DNA of 64,000 bases from Eledone cirrhosa (Eukaryota), in NCBI GenBank assembly GCA_964016885.1, contig OZ024745.1, positions 5,518,001-5,582,000 on the forward strand. The letters are read 5' to 3'. Position 1 is the stretch's first letter. Every line of letters starts with the position of its first letter. This document shows, in pieces, positions 1-15,000 of the stretch. The position numbers and the translations under genes were made by a program. The notes under the pieces are model-generated. The model made no database searches. It worked only from the letters and a program-made list of their open reading frames with translations, and was not told the origin of the DNA.

Positions 1-3000
1 TGTGTCTCAAGACGTAGATAAAACAGACCATGGTCATTGGAGCACTGGCTGCCTCCTGTGTCTCAAGATGTAGATACAACTGACCGTGGTCATTGGAGCA
101 CTGGCTGCCTCCTGTGTCTCAAGACATAGATACAACTGACCATGGTCATTGGAGCACTGGCTGCCTCCTGTGTCTCAAGATGTAGAGACAACTGACCGTG
201 GTCATTGGAGCACTGGCTGCCTCCTGTGTCTCAAGATGTAGATACAACTGACCGTGGTCATTGGAACACTGGCCGCCTCCTGTGTCTCAAGACGTAGATA
301 CAACTGACCGTGGTCATTGGAGCACTGGCTGCATCCTGTGTCTAAAGACATAGATACAACTGACCGTGGTCATTGGAACACTGGCTGCCTCCTGTGTCTC
401 AAGACATAGATACAACTGACCATGGTCATTGGAGCACTGGCTGCTTCCTGTGTCTCAAGATGTAGATACAACTGACCGTGGTCATTGGAGCACTGGCTGC
501 CTCCTGTGTCTCAAGATGTAGATACAACTGACCGTGGTCATTGGAGCACTGGCTGCCTCCTGTGTCTCAAGATGTAGATACAACTGACCATGGTCATTGG
601 AACACTGGCTGCCTCCTGTGAGTCAAGATGTAGATACAACTGACCGTGGTCATTGGAGCACTGGCTGCCTCCCGTGTCTCAAGATGTAGATACAACTGAC
701 CATGGTCATTGGAACACTGGCTGCCTCCTGTGAGTCAAGATGTAGATACAACTGACCGTGGTCATTGGAGCACTGGCTGCCTCCCGTGTCTCAAGATGTA
801 GATACAACTGACCGTGGTCATTGGAGCACTGGCTGCCTCCTGTGTCTCAAGATGTAGATACAACTGACCATGGTCATTGGAGCACTGGCTGCCTCCTGTG
901 TCTCAAGATGTAGATACAACTGGCCATGGTCATTGGAACACTGGATGCCTCCTGTGTCTCAAGACATAGATACAACTGACCACGGTCATTTGAGCACTGG
1001 ATGCCTCCTGTGTCTCAAGACATAGATACAACTGACCATGGTCATTGGAGCACTGGCTGCCTCCTGTGTCTCAAGACATAGATACAACTGACCATGGTCA
1101 TTGGAGCACTGGCTGCCTCCTGTGTCTCAAGATGTAGATACAACTGACCGTGGTCATTGGAGCACTGGCTGCCTCCTGTGTCTCAAGATGTAGATAAAAC
1201 TGACCATGGTCATTGGAGCACTGGCTGCCTCCCGTGTCTCAAGATGAAGATACAACTGACCGTGGTCATTGGAGCACTGGCTGCCTCCTGTGTCTCAAGA
1301 TGTAGATACAACTGACCGTGGTCATTGGAGCACTGGCTGCCTCCTGTGTCTCAAGATGTAGATACAACTGACCGTGGTCATTGGAGCACTGGCTGCCTCC
1401 CGTGTCTCAAGATGTAGATACAACTGACCGTGGTCATTGGAGCACTGGCTGCCTCCTGTGTCTCAAGATGTAGATACAACTGACCGTGGTCATTGGAGCA
1501 CTGGCTGCCTCCTGTGTCTCAAGATGTAGATACAACTGACCATGGTCATTGGAACACTGGCTGCCTCCTGTGAGTCAAGATGTAGATACAACTGACCATG
1601 GTCATTGGAGCACTGGCTGCCTCCCGTGTCTCAAGATGTAGATACAACTGACCGTGGTCATTGGAGCACTGGCTGCCTCCTGTGTCTCAAGATGTAGATA
1701 CAACTGACCGTGGTCATTGGAGCACTGGCTGCCTCCTGTGTCTCAAGATGTAGATACAACTGACCGTGGTCATTGGAGCACTGGCTGCCTCCTGTGTCTC
1801 AAGATGTAGATACAACTGACCGTGGTCATTGGAGCACTGGCTGCCTCCTGTGTCTCAAGATGTAGATACAACTGACCATGGTCATTGGAGCACTGGCTGC
1901 CTCCTGTGTCTCAAGATGTAGATACAACTGACCATGGTCATTGGAGCACTGGCTGCCTCCCGTGTCTCAAGATGTAGATACAACTGACCATGGTCATTGG
2001 AACACTGGCTGCCTCCTGTGTCTCAAGATGTAGATACAACTGACCGTGGTCATTGGAGCACTGGCTGCCTCCTGTGTCTCAAGATGTAGATACAACTGAC
2101 CATGGTCATTGGAGCACTGGCTGCCTCCCGTGTCTCAAGATGTAGATACAACTGACCGTGGTCATTGGAGCACTGGCTGCCTCCTGTGTCTCAAGATGTA
2201 GATACAACTGACCGTGGTCATTGGAGCACTGGCTGCCTCCTGTGTCTCAAGATGTAGATACAACTGACCGTGGTCATTGGAGCACTGGCTGCCTCCTGTG
2301 TCTCAAGATGTAGATACAACTGACCGTGGTCATTGGAGCACTGGCTGCCTCCTGTGTCTCAAGATGTAGATACAACTGACCATGGTCATTGGAACACTGG
2401 CTGCCTCCTGTGTCTCAAGATGTAGATACAACTGACCATGGTCATTGGAGCACTGGCTGCCTCCTGTGTCTCAAGATGTAGATACAACTGACCGTGGTCA
2501 TTGGAGCACTGGCTGCCTCCTGTGTCTCAAGATGTAGATACAACTGACCGTGGTCATTGGAGCACTGGCTGCATCCTGTGTCTCAAGATGTAGATACAAC
2601 TGACCATGGTCATTGGAGCACTGGCTGCCTCCTGTGTCTCACGACATAGATACAACTGACCATGGTCATTGGAGCACTGGCTGCCTCCTGTGTCTCAAGA
2701 TGTAGATACAACTGACCATGGTCATTGGAGCACTGGCTGCCTCCTGTGTCTCAAGATGTAGATACCACGGACCGTGGTCATTGGAGCACTGGCTGCCTCC
2801 TGTGTCTCAAGACGTAGATACAACTGACCATGGTCATTGGAGCACTGGCTGCCTCCTGTGTCTCAAGATGTAGATACCACGGACCGTGGTCATTGGAGCA
2901 CTGGCTGCCTCCTGTGTCTCAAGACGTAGATACAACTGACCATGGTCATTGGAGCACTGGCTGCCTCCTGTGTCTCAAGATGTAGATACCACGGACCGTG

Positions 3001-6000
3001 GTCACTGGAACACTGGCTGCCTCTTGTGTCTCAAGATGTAGATACAACTGACCATGGTCATTGGAGCACTGGCTGCCTCCTGTGTCTCAAGATGTAGATA
3101 CCACGGACCGTGGTCATTGGAGCACTGGCTGCCTCCTGTGTCTCAAGACGTAGATACAACTGACCATGGTCATTGGAGCACTGGCTGCCTCCTGTGTCTC
3201 AAGATGTAGATACCACGGACCGTGGTCATTGGAACACTGGCTGCCTCCTGTGTCTCAAGATGTAGATACAACTGACCGTGGTCATTGGAACACTGGCTGC
3301 CTCTTGTGTCTCAAGATGTAGATACAACTGACCATGGTCATTGGAGCACTGGCTGCCTCCTGTGTCTCAAGATGTAGATACAACTGACCATGGTCATTGG
3401 AGCACTGGCTGCCTCCTGTGTCTCAAGATGTAGATACAACTGACCATGGTCATTGGAGCACTGGCTGACTCCTGTGTCTCAAGATGTAGATACAACTGAC
3501 CATGGTCATTGGAGCACTGGCTGCCTCCTGTGTCTCAAGATGTAGATACAACTGACCATGGTCATTGGAGCACTGGCTGCCTCCTCTGTCTCAAGATGTA
3601 GATACAACTGACCATGGTCATTGGAACACTGGCTGCCTCCTGTGTCTCAAGATGTAGATACAACTGACCATGGTCATTGGAGCACTGGCTGCCTCCTGTG
3701 TCTCAAGATGTAGATACAACTGACCGTGGTCATTGGAGCACTGGCTGCCTCCTGTGTCTCAAGTTGTAGATACAACTGACCGTGGTCATTGGAGCACTGG
3801 CTGCCTCCTGTGTCTCAAGACGTAGATACAACTGACCGTGGTCATTGGAGAACTGGCTGCCTCCTGTGTCTCAAGATGTAGATACAACTGACCATGGTCA
3901 CTAGAGCACTGGCTGCCTCCTGTGTCTCAAGATGTAGATACAACTGGCCATGGTCATTGGAGCACTGGCTGCCTCCTGTGTCTCAAGATGTAGATACAAC
4001 TGACCGTGGTCATTGGAGCACTGGCTGCCTCTTGTGTCTCAAGACGTAGATACAACTGACCGTGGTCATTGGAGCACTGGCTGCATCCTGTGTCTCAAGA
4101 TGTAGATACAACTGACCGTGGTCATTGGAACACTGGCTGCCTCCTGTGTCTCAAGATGTAGATACAACTGACCGTGGTCATTGGAACACTGGCTGCCTCC
4201 TGTGTCTCAAGATGTAGATACAACTGACCATGGTCATTGGAGCACTGGCTGCCTCCTGTGTCTCAAGATGTAGATACAACTGACCAAGGTCATTGGAGCA
4301 CTGGCTGCATCCTGTGTCTCAAGATGTAGATACAACTGACCAAGGTCATTGGAGCACTGGCTGCATCCTGTGTCTCAAGATGTAGATACAACTGACCGTG
4401 GTCATTGGAACACTGGCTGCCTCTTGTGTCTCAAGATGTAGATACAACTGACCGTGGTCATTGGAACACTGGCTGCCTCCTGTGTCTCAAGATGTAGATA
4501 CAACTGACCATGGTCATTGGAGCACTGGCTGCCTCCTGTGTCTCAAGATGTAGATACAACTGACCGTGGTCATTGGAACACTGGCTGCCTCTTGTGTCTC
4601 AAGATGTAGATACAACTGACCGTGGTCATTGGAACACTGGCTGCCTCCTGTGTCTCAAGATGTAGATACAACTGACCATGGTCATTGGAGCACTGGCTGC
4701 CTCCTGTGTCTCAAGATGTAGATACAACTGACCAAGGTCATTGGAGCACTGGCTGCATCCTGTGTCTCAAGATGTAGATACAACTGACCGTGGTCATTGG
4801 AACACTGGCTGCCTCCTGTGTCTCAAGATGTAGATACAACTGACCATGGTCATTGGAGCACTGGCTGCCTCCTGTGTCTCAAGATGTAGATACAACTGAC
4901 CAAGGTCATTGGAGCACTGGCTGCCTCCTGTGTCTCAAGACGTAGATACAACTGACCGTGGTCATTGGAACACTGGCTGCCTCCTGTGTCTCAAGATGTA
5001 GATACAACTGACCGTGGTCATTGGAGCACTGGCTGCCTCCTGTGTCTCAAGATGTAGATACAACTGACCAAGGTCATTGGAGCACTGGCTGCATCCTGTG
5101 TCTCAAGATGTAGATACAACTGACCGTGGTCATTGGAACACTGGCTGCCTCTTGTGTCTCAAGACGTAAGACGTAGATACAACTGACCGTGGTCAATGGA
5201 GCACTGGCTGCATCCTGTGTCTAAAGACATAGATACAACTGACCGTGGTCATTGGAGCACTGGCTGCCTCCTGTGTCTCAAGACATAGATACAACTGACC
5301 ACGGTCATTTGAGCACTGGATGCCTCCTGTGTCTCAAGACATAGATACAACTGACCGTGGTCATTGGAGCACTGGCTGCTTCCTGTGTCTAAAGACATAG
5401 ATACAACTGACCGTGGTCATTGGAGCACTGGCTGCCTCCTGTGTCTCAAGACATAGATACAACTGACCGTGGTCATTGGAGCACTGGATGCCTCCTGTGT
5501 CTCAAGACATAGATACAACTGACCACGGTCATTTGAGCACTGGATGCCTCCTGTGTCTCAAGACATAGATACAACTGACCATGGTCATTGGAGCACTGGC
5601 TGCCTCCTGTGTCTCAAGATGTAGATACAACTGACCATGGTCATTGGAACACTGGCTGCCTCCTGTGAGTCAAGATGTAGATACAACTGACCATGGTCAT
5701 TGGAGCACTGGCTGCCTCCCGTGTCTCAAGATGTAGATACAACTGACCGTGGTCATTGGAGCACTGGCTGCCTCCTGTGTCTCAAGATGTAGATACAACT
5801 GACCGTGGTCATTGGAGCACTGGCTGCCTCCTGTGTCTCAAGATGTAGATACAACTGACCATGGTCATTGGGGCACTGGCTGCCTCCTGTATCTCAAGAT
5901 GTAGATACAACTGACCGTGGTCATTGGAGCACTGGCTGCCTCCTGTGTCTCAAGATGTAGATACAACTGACCATGGTCATTGGGGCACTGGCTGCCTCCT

Positions 6001-9000
6001 GTATCTCAAGATGTAGATACAACTGACCATGGTCATTGGAGCACTGGCTGCCTCCTGTGTCTCAAGATGTAGATACAACTGACCATGGTCATTGGGGCAC
6101 TGGCTGCCTCCTGTGTCTCAAGACATAGATACAACTGACCATGGTCATTGGAGCACTGGCTGCCTCCTGTGTCTCAAGATGTAGATACAACTGACCATGG
6201 TCATTGGAGCACTGGCTGCCTCCTGTGTCTCAAGACATAGATACAACTGACCATGGTCATTGGAGCACTGGCTGCCTCCTGTGTCTCAAGATGTAGATAC
6301 AACTGACCGTGGTCATTGGAGCACTGGCTGCCTCCTGTGTCTCAAGATGTAGATACAACTGACCGTGGTCATTGGAGCACTGGCTGCCTCCTGTGTCTCA
6401 AGACATAGATACAACTGACCATGGTCATTGGAGCACTGGCTGCCTCCTGTGTCTCAAGATGTAGATACAACTGACCGTGGTCATTGGAGCACTGGCTGCC
6501 TCCTGTGTCTCAAGATGTAGATACAACTGACCATGGTCATTGGAGCACTGGCTGCCTCCTGTATCTCAAGATGTAGATACAACTGACCATGGTCATTGGA
6601 GCACTGGCTGCCTCCTGTGTCTCAAGATGTAGATACAACTGACCATGGTCATTGGAGCACTGGCTGCCTCCTGTGTCTCAAGATGTAGATACAACTGACC
6701 GTGGTCATTGGAGCACTGGCTGCCTCCTGTGTCTCAAGACATAGATACAACTGACCATGGTCATTGGAGCACTGGCTGCCTCCTGTGTCTCAAGATGTAG
6801 ATACAACTGACCGTGGTCACTAGAGCACTGGCTGCCTCCTGTGTCTCAAGACATAGATACAACTGACCGTGGTCATTGGAGCACTGGCTGCCTCCTGTGT
6901 CTCAAGATGTAGATACAACTGACCATGGTCATTGGAGCACTGGCTGCCTCCTGTATCTCAAGATGTAGATACAACTGACCATGGTCATTGGAGCACTGGC
7001 TGCCTCCTGTGTCTCAAGATGTAGATACAACTGACCATGGTCATTGGAGCACTGGCTGCCTCCTGTGTCTCAAGATGTAGATACAACTGACCGTGGTCAT
7101 TGGAGCACTGGCTGCCTCCTGTGTCTCAAGACATAGATACAACTGACCATGGTCATTGGAGCACTGGCTGCCTCCTGTGTCTCAAGATGTAGATACAACT
7201 GACCGTGGTCATTGGAGCACTGGCTGCCTCCTGTGTCTCAAGATGTAGATACAACTGACCGTGGTCATTGGAGCACTGGCTGCCTCCTGTGTCTCAAGAC
7301 ATAGATACAACTGACCATGGTCATTGGAGCACTGGCTGCCTCCTGTGTCTCAAGATGTAGATACAACTGACCGTGGTCATTGGAGCACTGGCTGCCTCCT
7401 GTGTCTCAAGACATAGATACAACTGACCATGGTCATTGGAGCACTGGCTGCCTCCTGTGTCTCAAGATGTAGATACAACTGACCGTGGTCATTGGAGCAC
7501 TGGCTGCCTCCTGTGTCTCAAGACATAGATACAACTGACCATGGTCATTGGAGCACTGGCTGCCTCCTGTATCTCAAGATGTAGATACAACTGACCGTGG
7601 TCATTGGAGCACTGGCTGCCTCCTGTGTCTCAAGATGTAGATACAACTGACCGTGGTCATTGGAGCACTGGCTGCCTCCTGTGTCTCAAGACATAGATAC
7701 AACTGACCATGGTCATTGGAGCACTGGCTGCCTCCTGTGTCTCAAGATGTAGATACAACTGACCGTGGTCATTGGAGCACTGGCTGCCTCCTGTGTCTCA
7801 AGACATAGATACAACTGACCATGGTCATTGGAGCACTGGCTGCCTCCTGTGTCTCAAGATGTAGATACAACTGACCGTGGTCATTGGAACACTGGCTGCC
7901 TCGTGTCTCAAGACGTAGATACAACTGACCGTGGTCATTGGAGCCCTGGCTGCATCCTGTGTCTAAAGACATAGATACAACTGACCGTGGTCATTGGAAC
8001 ACTGGATGCCTCCTGTGTCTCAAGACATAGATACAACTGACCACGGTCATTTGAGCACTGGATGCCTCCTGTATCTCAAGATCTAGATAAACTGACCGTG
8101 GTCATTGGAGCACTGGCTGCCTCCTGTGTCTCAAGATGTAGATACAACTGACCGTGGTCATTGGAGCACTGGCTGCCTCCTGCATCTCAAGATCTAGATA
8201 CAACTGACCGTGGTCATTGGAGCACTGGCTGCCTCCTGTGTCTCAAGATGTAGATACAACTGACCATGGTCATTGGAGCACTGGCTGCCTCCTGTGTCTC
8301 AAGACGTAGATACAACTGACCGTGGTCATTGGGGCACAGGCTGCCTGTTGTGTCTCAAGATGTAGATACAACTGACCATGGTCATTGGAGCACTGGCTGC
8401 CTCCTGTGTCTCAAGACGTAGATAAAACTGACCATGGTCATTGGAGCACTGGCTGCCTCCTGTGTGTCAAGACGTAGATAACTGACCGTGGTCATTGGAG
8501 CACTGGCTGCCTCCTGTGTCTCAAGATGTAGATACAACTGACCGTGGTCATTGGAGCACTGGCTGCCTCCTGTGTCTCAAGACATAGATACAACTGACCA
8601 TGGTCATTGGAGCACTGGCTGCCTCCTGTTTCTCAAGATGTAGAGACAACTGACCGTGGTCATTGGAGCACTGGCTGCCTCCTGTGTCTCAAGATGTAGA
8701 TACAACTGACCGTGGTCATTGGAACACTGGCTGCCTCCTGTGTCTCAAGACGTAGATACAACTGACCGTGGTCATTGGAGCACTGGCTGCATCCTGTGTC
8801 TAAAGACATAGATACAACTGACCGTGGTCATTGGAACACTGGCTGCCTCCTGTGTCTCAAGACATAGATACAACTGACCATGGTCATTGGAGCACTGGCT
8901 GCCTCCTGTGTCTCAAGATGTAGATACAACTGACCGTGGTCATTGGAGCACTGGCTGTCTCCTGTGAGTCAAGATGTAAATACAACTGACCGTGGTCATT

Positions 9001-12000
9001 GGAGCACTGGCTGCCTCCCGTGTCTCAAGATGTAGATACAACTGACCATGGTCATTGGAACACTGGCTGCCTCCTGTGAGTCAAGATGTAGATACAACTG
9101 ACCGTGGTCATTGGAGCACTGGCTGCCTCCCGTGTCTCAAGATGTAGATACAACTGACCGTGGTCATTGGAGCACTGGCTGCCTCCTGTGTCTCAAGATG
9201 TAGATACAACTGACCATGGTCATTGGAGCACTGGCTGCCTCCTGTGTCTCAAGATGTAGATACAACTGACCATGGTCATTGGAGCACTGGCTGCCTCCTG
9301 TGTCTCAAGATGTAGATACAACTGACCGTGGTCACTAGAGCACTGGCTGCCTCCTGTGTCTCAAGACATAGATACAACTGACCGTGGTCATTGGAGCACT
9401 GGCTGCCTCCTGTGTCTCAAGATGTAGATACAACTGACCGTGGTCATTGGAGCACTGGCTGCCTCCTGTGTCTCAAGATGTAGATACAACTGACCGTGGT
9501 CATTGGAGCACTGGCTGCCTCCTGTGTCTCAAGATGTAGATACAACTGACCGTGGTCATTGGAGCACTGGCTGCCTCCTGTGTCTCAAGATGTAGATACA
9601 ACTGACCGTGGTCATTGGAGCACTGGCTGCCTCCTGTGTCTCAAGATGTAGATACAACTGACCGTGGTCATTGGAGCACTGGCTGCCTCCTGTATCTCAA
9701 GATGTAGATACAACTGACCGTGGTCATTGGAGCACTGGCTGCCTCCTGTGTCTCAAGATGTAGATACAACTGACCGTGGTCATTGGAGCACTGGCTGCCT
9801 CCTGTGTCTCAAGACATAGATACAACTGACCATGGTCATTGGAGCACTGGCTGCCTCCTGTGTCTCAAGATGTAGATACAACTGACCATGGTCATTGGAG
9901 CACTGGCTGCGTCCTGTATCTCAAGATGTAGATACAACTGACCATGGTGATTGGAGCACTGGCTGCCTCCTGTGTCTCAAGATGTAGATACAACTGACCA
10001 TGGTCATTGGAGCACTGGCTGCCTCCTGTGTCTCAAGATGTAGATACAACTGACCGTGGTCATTGGAGCACTGGCTGCCTCCTGTGTCTCAAGACATAGA
10101 TACAACTGACCATGGTCATTGGAGCACTGGCTGCCTCCTGTGTCTCAAGATGTAGATACAACTGACCATGGTCATTGGAGCACTGGCTGCGTCCTGTATC
10201 TCAAGATGTAGATACAACTGACCATGGTGATTGGAGCACTGGCTGCCTCCTGTGTCTCAAGACATAGATACAACTGACCATGGTCATTGGAGCACTGGCT
10301 GCCTCCTGTGTCTCAAGATGTAGATACAACTGACCGTGGTCATTGGAGCACTGGCTGCCTCCTGTGTCTCAAGACATAGATACAACTGACCATGGTCATT
10401 GGAGCACTGGCTGCCTCCTGTGTCTCAAGATGTAGATACAACTGACCGTGGTCATTGGAGCACTGGCTGCCTCCTGTGTCTCAAGACATAGATACAACTG
10501 ACCATGGTCATTGGAGCACTGGCTGCCTCCTGTATCTCAAGATGTAGATACAACTGACCGTGGTCATTGGAGCACTGGCTGCCTCCTGTGTCTCAAGATG
10601 TAGATACAACTGACCGTGGTCATTGGAGCACTGGCTGCCTCCTGTGTCTCAAGACATAGATACAACTGACCATGGTCATTGGAGCACTGGCTGCCTCCTG
10701 TGTCTCAAGATGTAGATACAACTGACCGTGGTCATTGGAGCACTGGCTGCCTCCTGTGTCTCAAGACATAGATACAACTGACCATGGTCATTGGAGCACT
10801 GGCTGCCTCCTGTGTCTCAAGATGTAGATACAACTGACCGTGGTCATTGGAACACTGGCTGCCTCGTGTCTCAAGACGTAGATACAACTGACCGTGGTCA
10901 TTGGAGCCCTTGGCTGCATCCTGTGTCTAAAGACATAGATACAACTGACCGTGGTCATTGGAACACTGGATGCCTCCTGTGTCTCAAGACATAGATACAA
11001 CTGACCACGGTCATTTGAGCACTGGATGCCTCCTGTATCTCAAGATCTAGATAAACTGACCGTGGTCATTGGAGCACTGGCTGCCTCCTGTGTCTCAAGA
11101 TGTAGATACAACTGACCGTGGTCATTGGAGCACTGGCTGCCTCCTGCATCTCAAGATCTAGATACAACTGACCGTGGTCATTGGAGCACTGGCTGCCTCC
11201 TGTGTCTCAAGATGTAGATACAACTGACCATGGTCATTGGAGCACTGGCTGCCTCCTGTGTCTCAAGACGTAGATACAACTGACCGTGGTCATTGGGGCA
11301 CAGGCTGCCTGTTGTGTCTCAAGATGTAGATACAAGTGACCATGGTCATTGGAGCACTGGCTGCCTCCTGTGTCTCAAGACGTAGATAAAACTGACCATG
11401 GTCATTGGAGCACTGGCTGCCTCCTGTGTGTCAAGACGTAGATAACTGACCGTGGTCATTGGAGCACTGGCTGCCTCCTGTGTCTCAAGATGTAGATACA
11501 ACTGACCGTGGTCATTGGAGCACTGGCTGCCTCCTGTGTCTCAAGACATAGATACAACTGACCATGGTCATTGGAGCACTGGCTGCCTCCTGTGTCTCAA
11601 GATGTAGAGACAACTGACCGTGGTCATTGGAGCACTGGCTGCCTCCTGTGTCTCAAGATGTAGATACAACTGACCGTGGTCATTGGAACACTGGCTGCCT
11701 CCTGTGTCTCAAGACGTAGATACAACTGACCGTGGTCATTGGAGCACTGGCTGCATCCTGTGTCTAAAGACATAGATACAACTGACCGTGGTCATTGGAA
11801 CACTGGCTGCCTCCTGTGTCTCAAGACATAGATACAACTGACCATGGTCATTGGAGCACTGGCTGCCTCCTGTGTCTCAAGATGTAGATACAACTGACCA
11901 TGGTCATTGGAACACTGGCTGCCTCCTGTGAGTCAAGATGTAGATACAACTGACCGTGGTCATTGGAGCACTGGCTGCCTCCCGTGTCTCAAGATGTAGA

Positions 12001-15000
12001 TACAACTGACCGTGGTCATTGGAGCACTGGCTGCCTCCTGTGTCTCAAGATGTAGATACAACTGACCATGGTCATTGGAGCACTGGCTGCCTCCTGTGTC
12101 TCAAGATGTAGATACAACTGACCATGGTCATTGGAGCACTGGCTGCCTCCTGTGTCTCAAGATGTAGATACAACTGACCGTGGTCATTGGAGCACTGGCT
12201 GCATCCTGTGTCTAAAGACATAGATACAACTGACCGTGGTCATTGGAGCACTGGCTGCCTCCTGTGTCTCAAGATGTAGATACAACTGACCGTGGTCATT
12301 GGAGCACTGGCTGCCTCCTGTGTCTCAAGATGTAGATACAACTGACCATGGTCATTGGAGCACTGGCTGCCTCCCGTGTCTCAAGATGTAGATACAACTG
12401 ACCGTGGTCATTGGAGCACTGGCTGCCTCCTGTGTCTCAAGATGTAGATACAACTGACCATGGTCATTGGAGCACTGGCTGCCTCCCGTGTCTCAAGATG
12501 TAGATACAACTGACCATGGTCATTGGAGCACTGGCTGCCTCCTGTGTCTCAAGATGTAGATACAACTGACCGTGGTCATTGGAACACTGGCTGCATCCTG
12601 TGTCTCAAGATGTAGATACAACAGACCGTGGTCATTGGAGCACTGGCTGCATCCTGTGTCTCAAGATGTAGATACAACTGACCATGGTCATTGGAGCACT
12701 GGCTGCCTCCTGTGTCTCAAGATGTAGATACAACTGACCATGGTCATTGGAGCACTGGCTGCCTCCTGTGTCTCAAGACATAGATACAACAGACCGTGGT
12801 CATTGGAGCACTGGCTGCCTCCTCTGTCTCAAGACATAGATACAACTGACCATGGTCATTGGAGCACTGGCTGCCTCCTGTGTCTCAAGATGTAGATACA
12901 ACTGACCGTGGTCATTGGAGCACTGGCTGCCTCCTGTGTCTCAAGACATAAATACAACTGACCGTGGTCATTGGAGCACTGGCTCCCTCCTGTGTCTCAA
13001 GATGTAGATACAACTGACCGTGGTCATTGGAGCACTGGCTGCCTCCTGTGTCTCAAGATGTAGATACAACTGACCATGGTCATTGGAGCACTGGCTGCCT
13101 CCTGTGTCTCAAGATGTAGATACAACTGACCGCGGTCATTGGAACACTGGCTGCCTCTTGTGTCTCAAGACGTAGATACAACTGACCGTGGTCATTGGAG
13201 CACTGGCTGCCTCCTGTGTCTAAAGATGTAGATACAACTGACCATGGTCATTGGAGCACTGGCTGCCTCCTGTGTCTAAAGACATAGATACAACTGACCG
13301 TGGTCATTGGAGCACTGGCTGCATCCTGTGTCTAAAGACATAGATACAACTGACCGTGGTCATTGGAACACTGGATGCCTCCTGTGTCTCAAGACATAGA
13401 TACAACTGATCACGGTCATTTGAGCACTGGATGCCTCCTGTGTCTCAAGACATAGATACAACTGACCATGGTCATTGGAGCACTGGCTGCCTCCTGTGTC
13501 TCAAGATGTAGATACAACTGACCATGGTCATTGGAGCACTGGCTGCCTCCCGTGTCTCAAGATGTAGATACAACTGACCGTGGTCATTGGAGCACTGGCT
13601 GCCTCCTGTGTCTCAAGATGTAGATACAACTGACCGTGGTCATTGGAGCACTGGCTGCCTCCTGTGTCTCAAGATGTAGATACAACTGACCGTGGTCATT
13701 GGAGCACTGGCTGCCTCCTGTGTCTCAAGATGTAGATACAACTGACCGTGGTCATTGGAGCATTGGCTGCTTCCTGTGTCTCAAGATGTAGATACAACTG
13801 ACCATGGTCATTGGGGCACTGGCTGCCTCCTGTATCTCAAGATCTAGATACAACTGACCGTGGTCATTGGAGCACTGGCTGCCTCCTGTGTCTCAAGACA
13901 TAGATACAACTGACCATGGTCATTGGAGCACTGGCTGCCTCCTGTGTCTCAAGACATAGATACAACTGACCATGGTCATTGGAGCACTGGCTGGCCTCCT
14001 GTGTCTCAAGATGTAGATACAACTGACCATGGTCATTGGAGCACTGGCTGCCTCCTGTGTCTCAAGATGTAGATACAACTGACCATGGTCATTGGAGCAC
14101 TGGCTGCCTCCTGTGTCTCAAGACATAGATACAACTGACCGTGGTCATTGGAGCACTGGCTGCCTCCTGGGTCTCAAGACATAGATACAACTGACCGTGG
14201 TCATTGGAACACTGGCTGCCTCCTGTGTCTCAAGACATAGATACAACTGACCATGGTCATTGGAGCACTAGCTGGCCTCCTGTGTCTCAAGATGTAGATA
14301 CAACTGACCGTGGTCATTGGAACACTGGCTGCCTCCTGTGTCTCAAGATGTAGATACAACTGACCGTGGTCATTGGAGCACTGGCTGCCTCCTGTGTCTC
14401 AAGACATAGATACAACTGACCGTGGTCATTGGAACACTGGCTGCCTCCTGTGTCTCAAGACATAGATACAACTGACCATGGTCATTGGAGCACTGGCTGG
14501 CCTCCTGTGTCTCAAGATGTAGATACAACAGACCGTGGTCATTGGAACACTGGCTGCCTCCTGTGTCTCAAGATGTAGATACAACTGACCGTGGTCATTG
14601 GAGCACTGGCTGCCTCCTGTGTCTCAAGACATAGATACAACTGACCGTGGTCATTGGAGCACTGGCTGCATCCTGTGTCTAAAGACATAGATACAACTGA
14701 CCGTGGTCATTGGAGCACTGGCTGCATCCTGTGTCTAAAGACATAGATACAACTGACCGTGGTCATTGGAGCACTGGCTGCATCCTGTGTCTAAAGACAT
14801 AGATACAACTGACCATGGTCATTGGAGCACTGGCTGCCTCCTGTGTCTCAAGATGTAGATACAACTGACCGTGGTCATTGGAGCACTGGCTGCCTCCTGT
14901 GTCTCAAGACATAGATACAACTGACCATGGTCATTGGAGCACTGGCTGCCTCCTGTGTCTCAAGATGTAGATACAACTGACCGTGGTCATTGGAGCACTG

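Noticed and set aside
1-56. Satellite monomer as a hammerhead (as in newt or schistosome satellites)
   Set aside because: No CUGANGA...GAAA arrangement on either strand.
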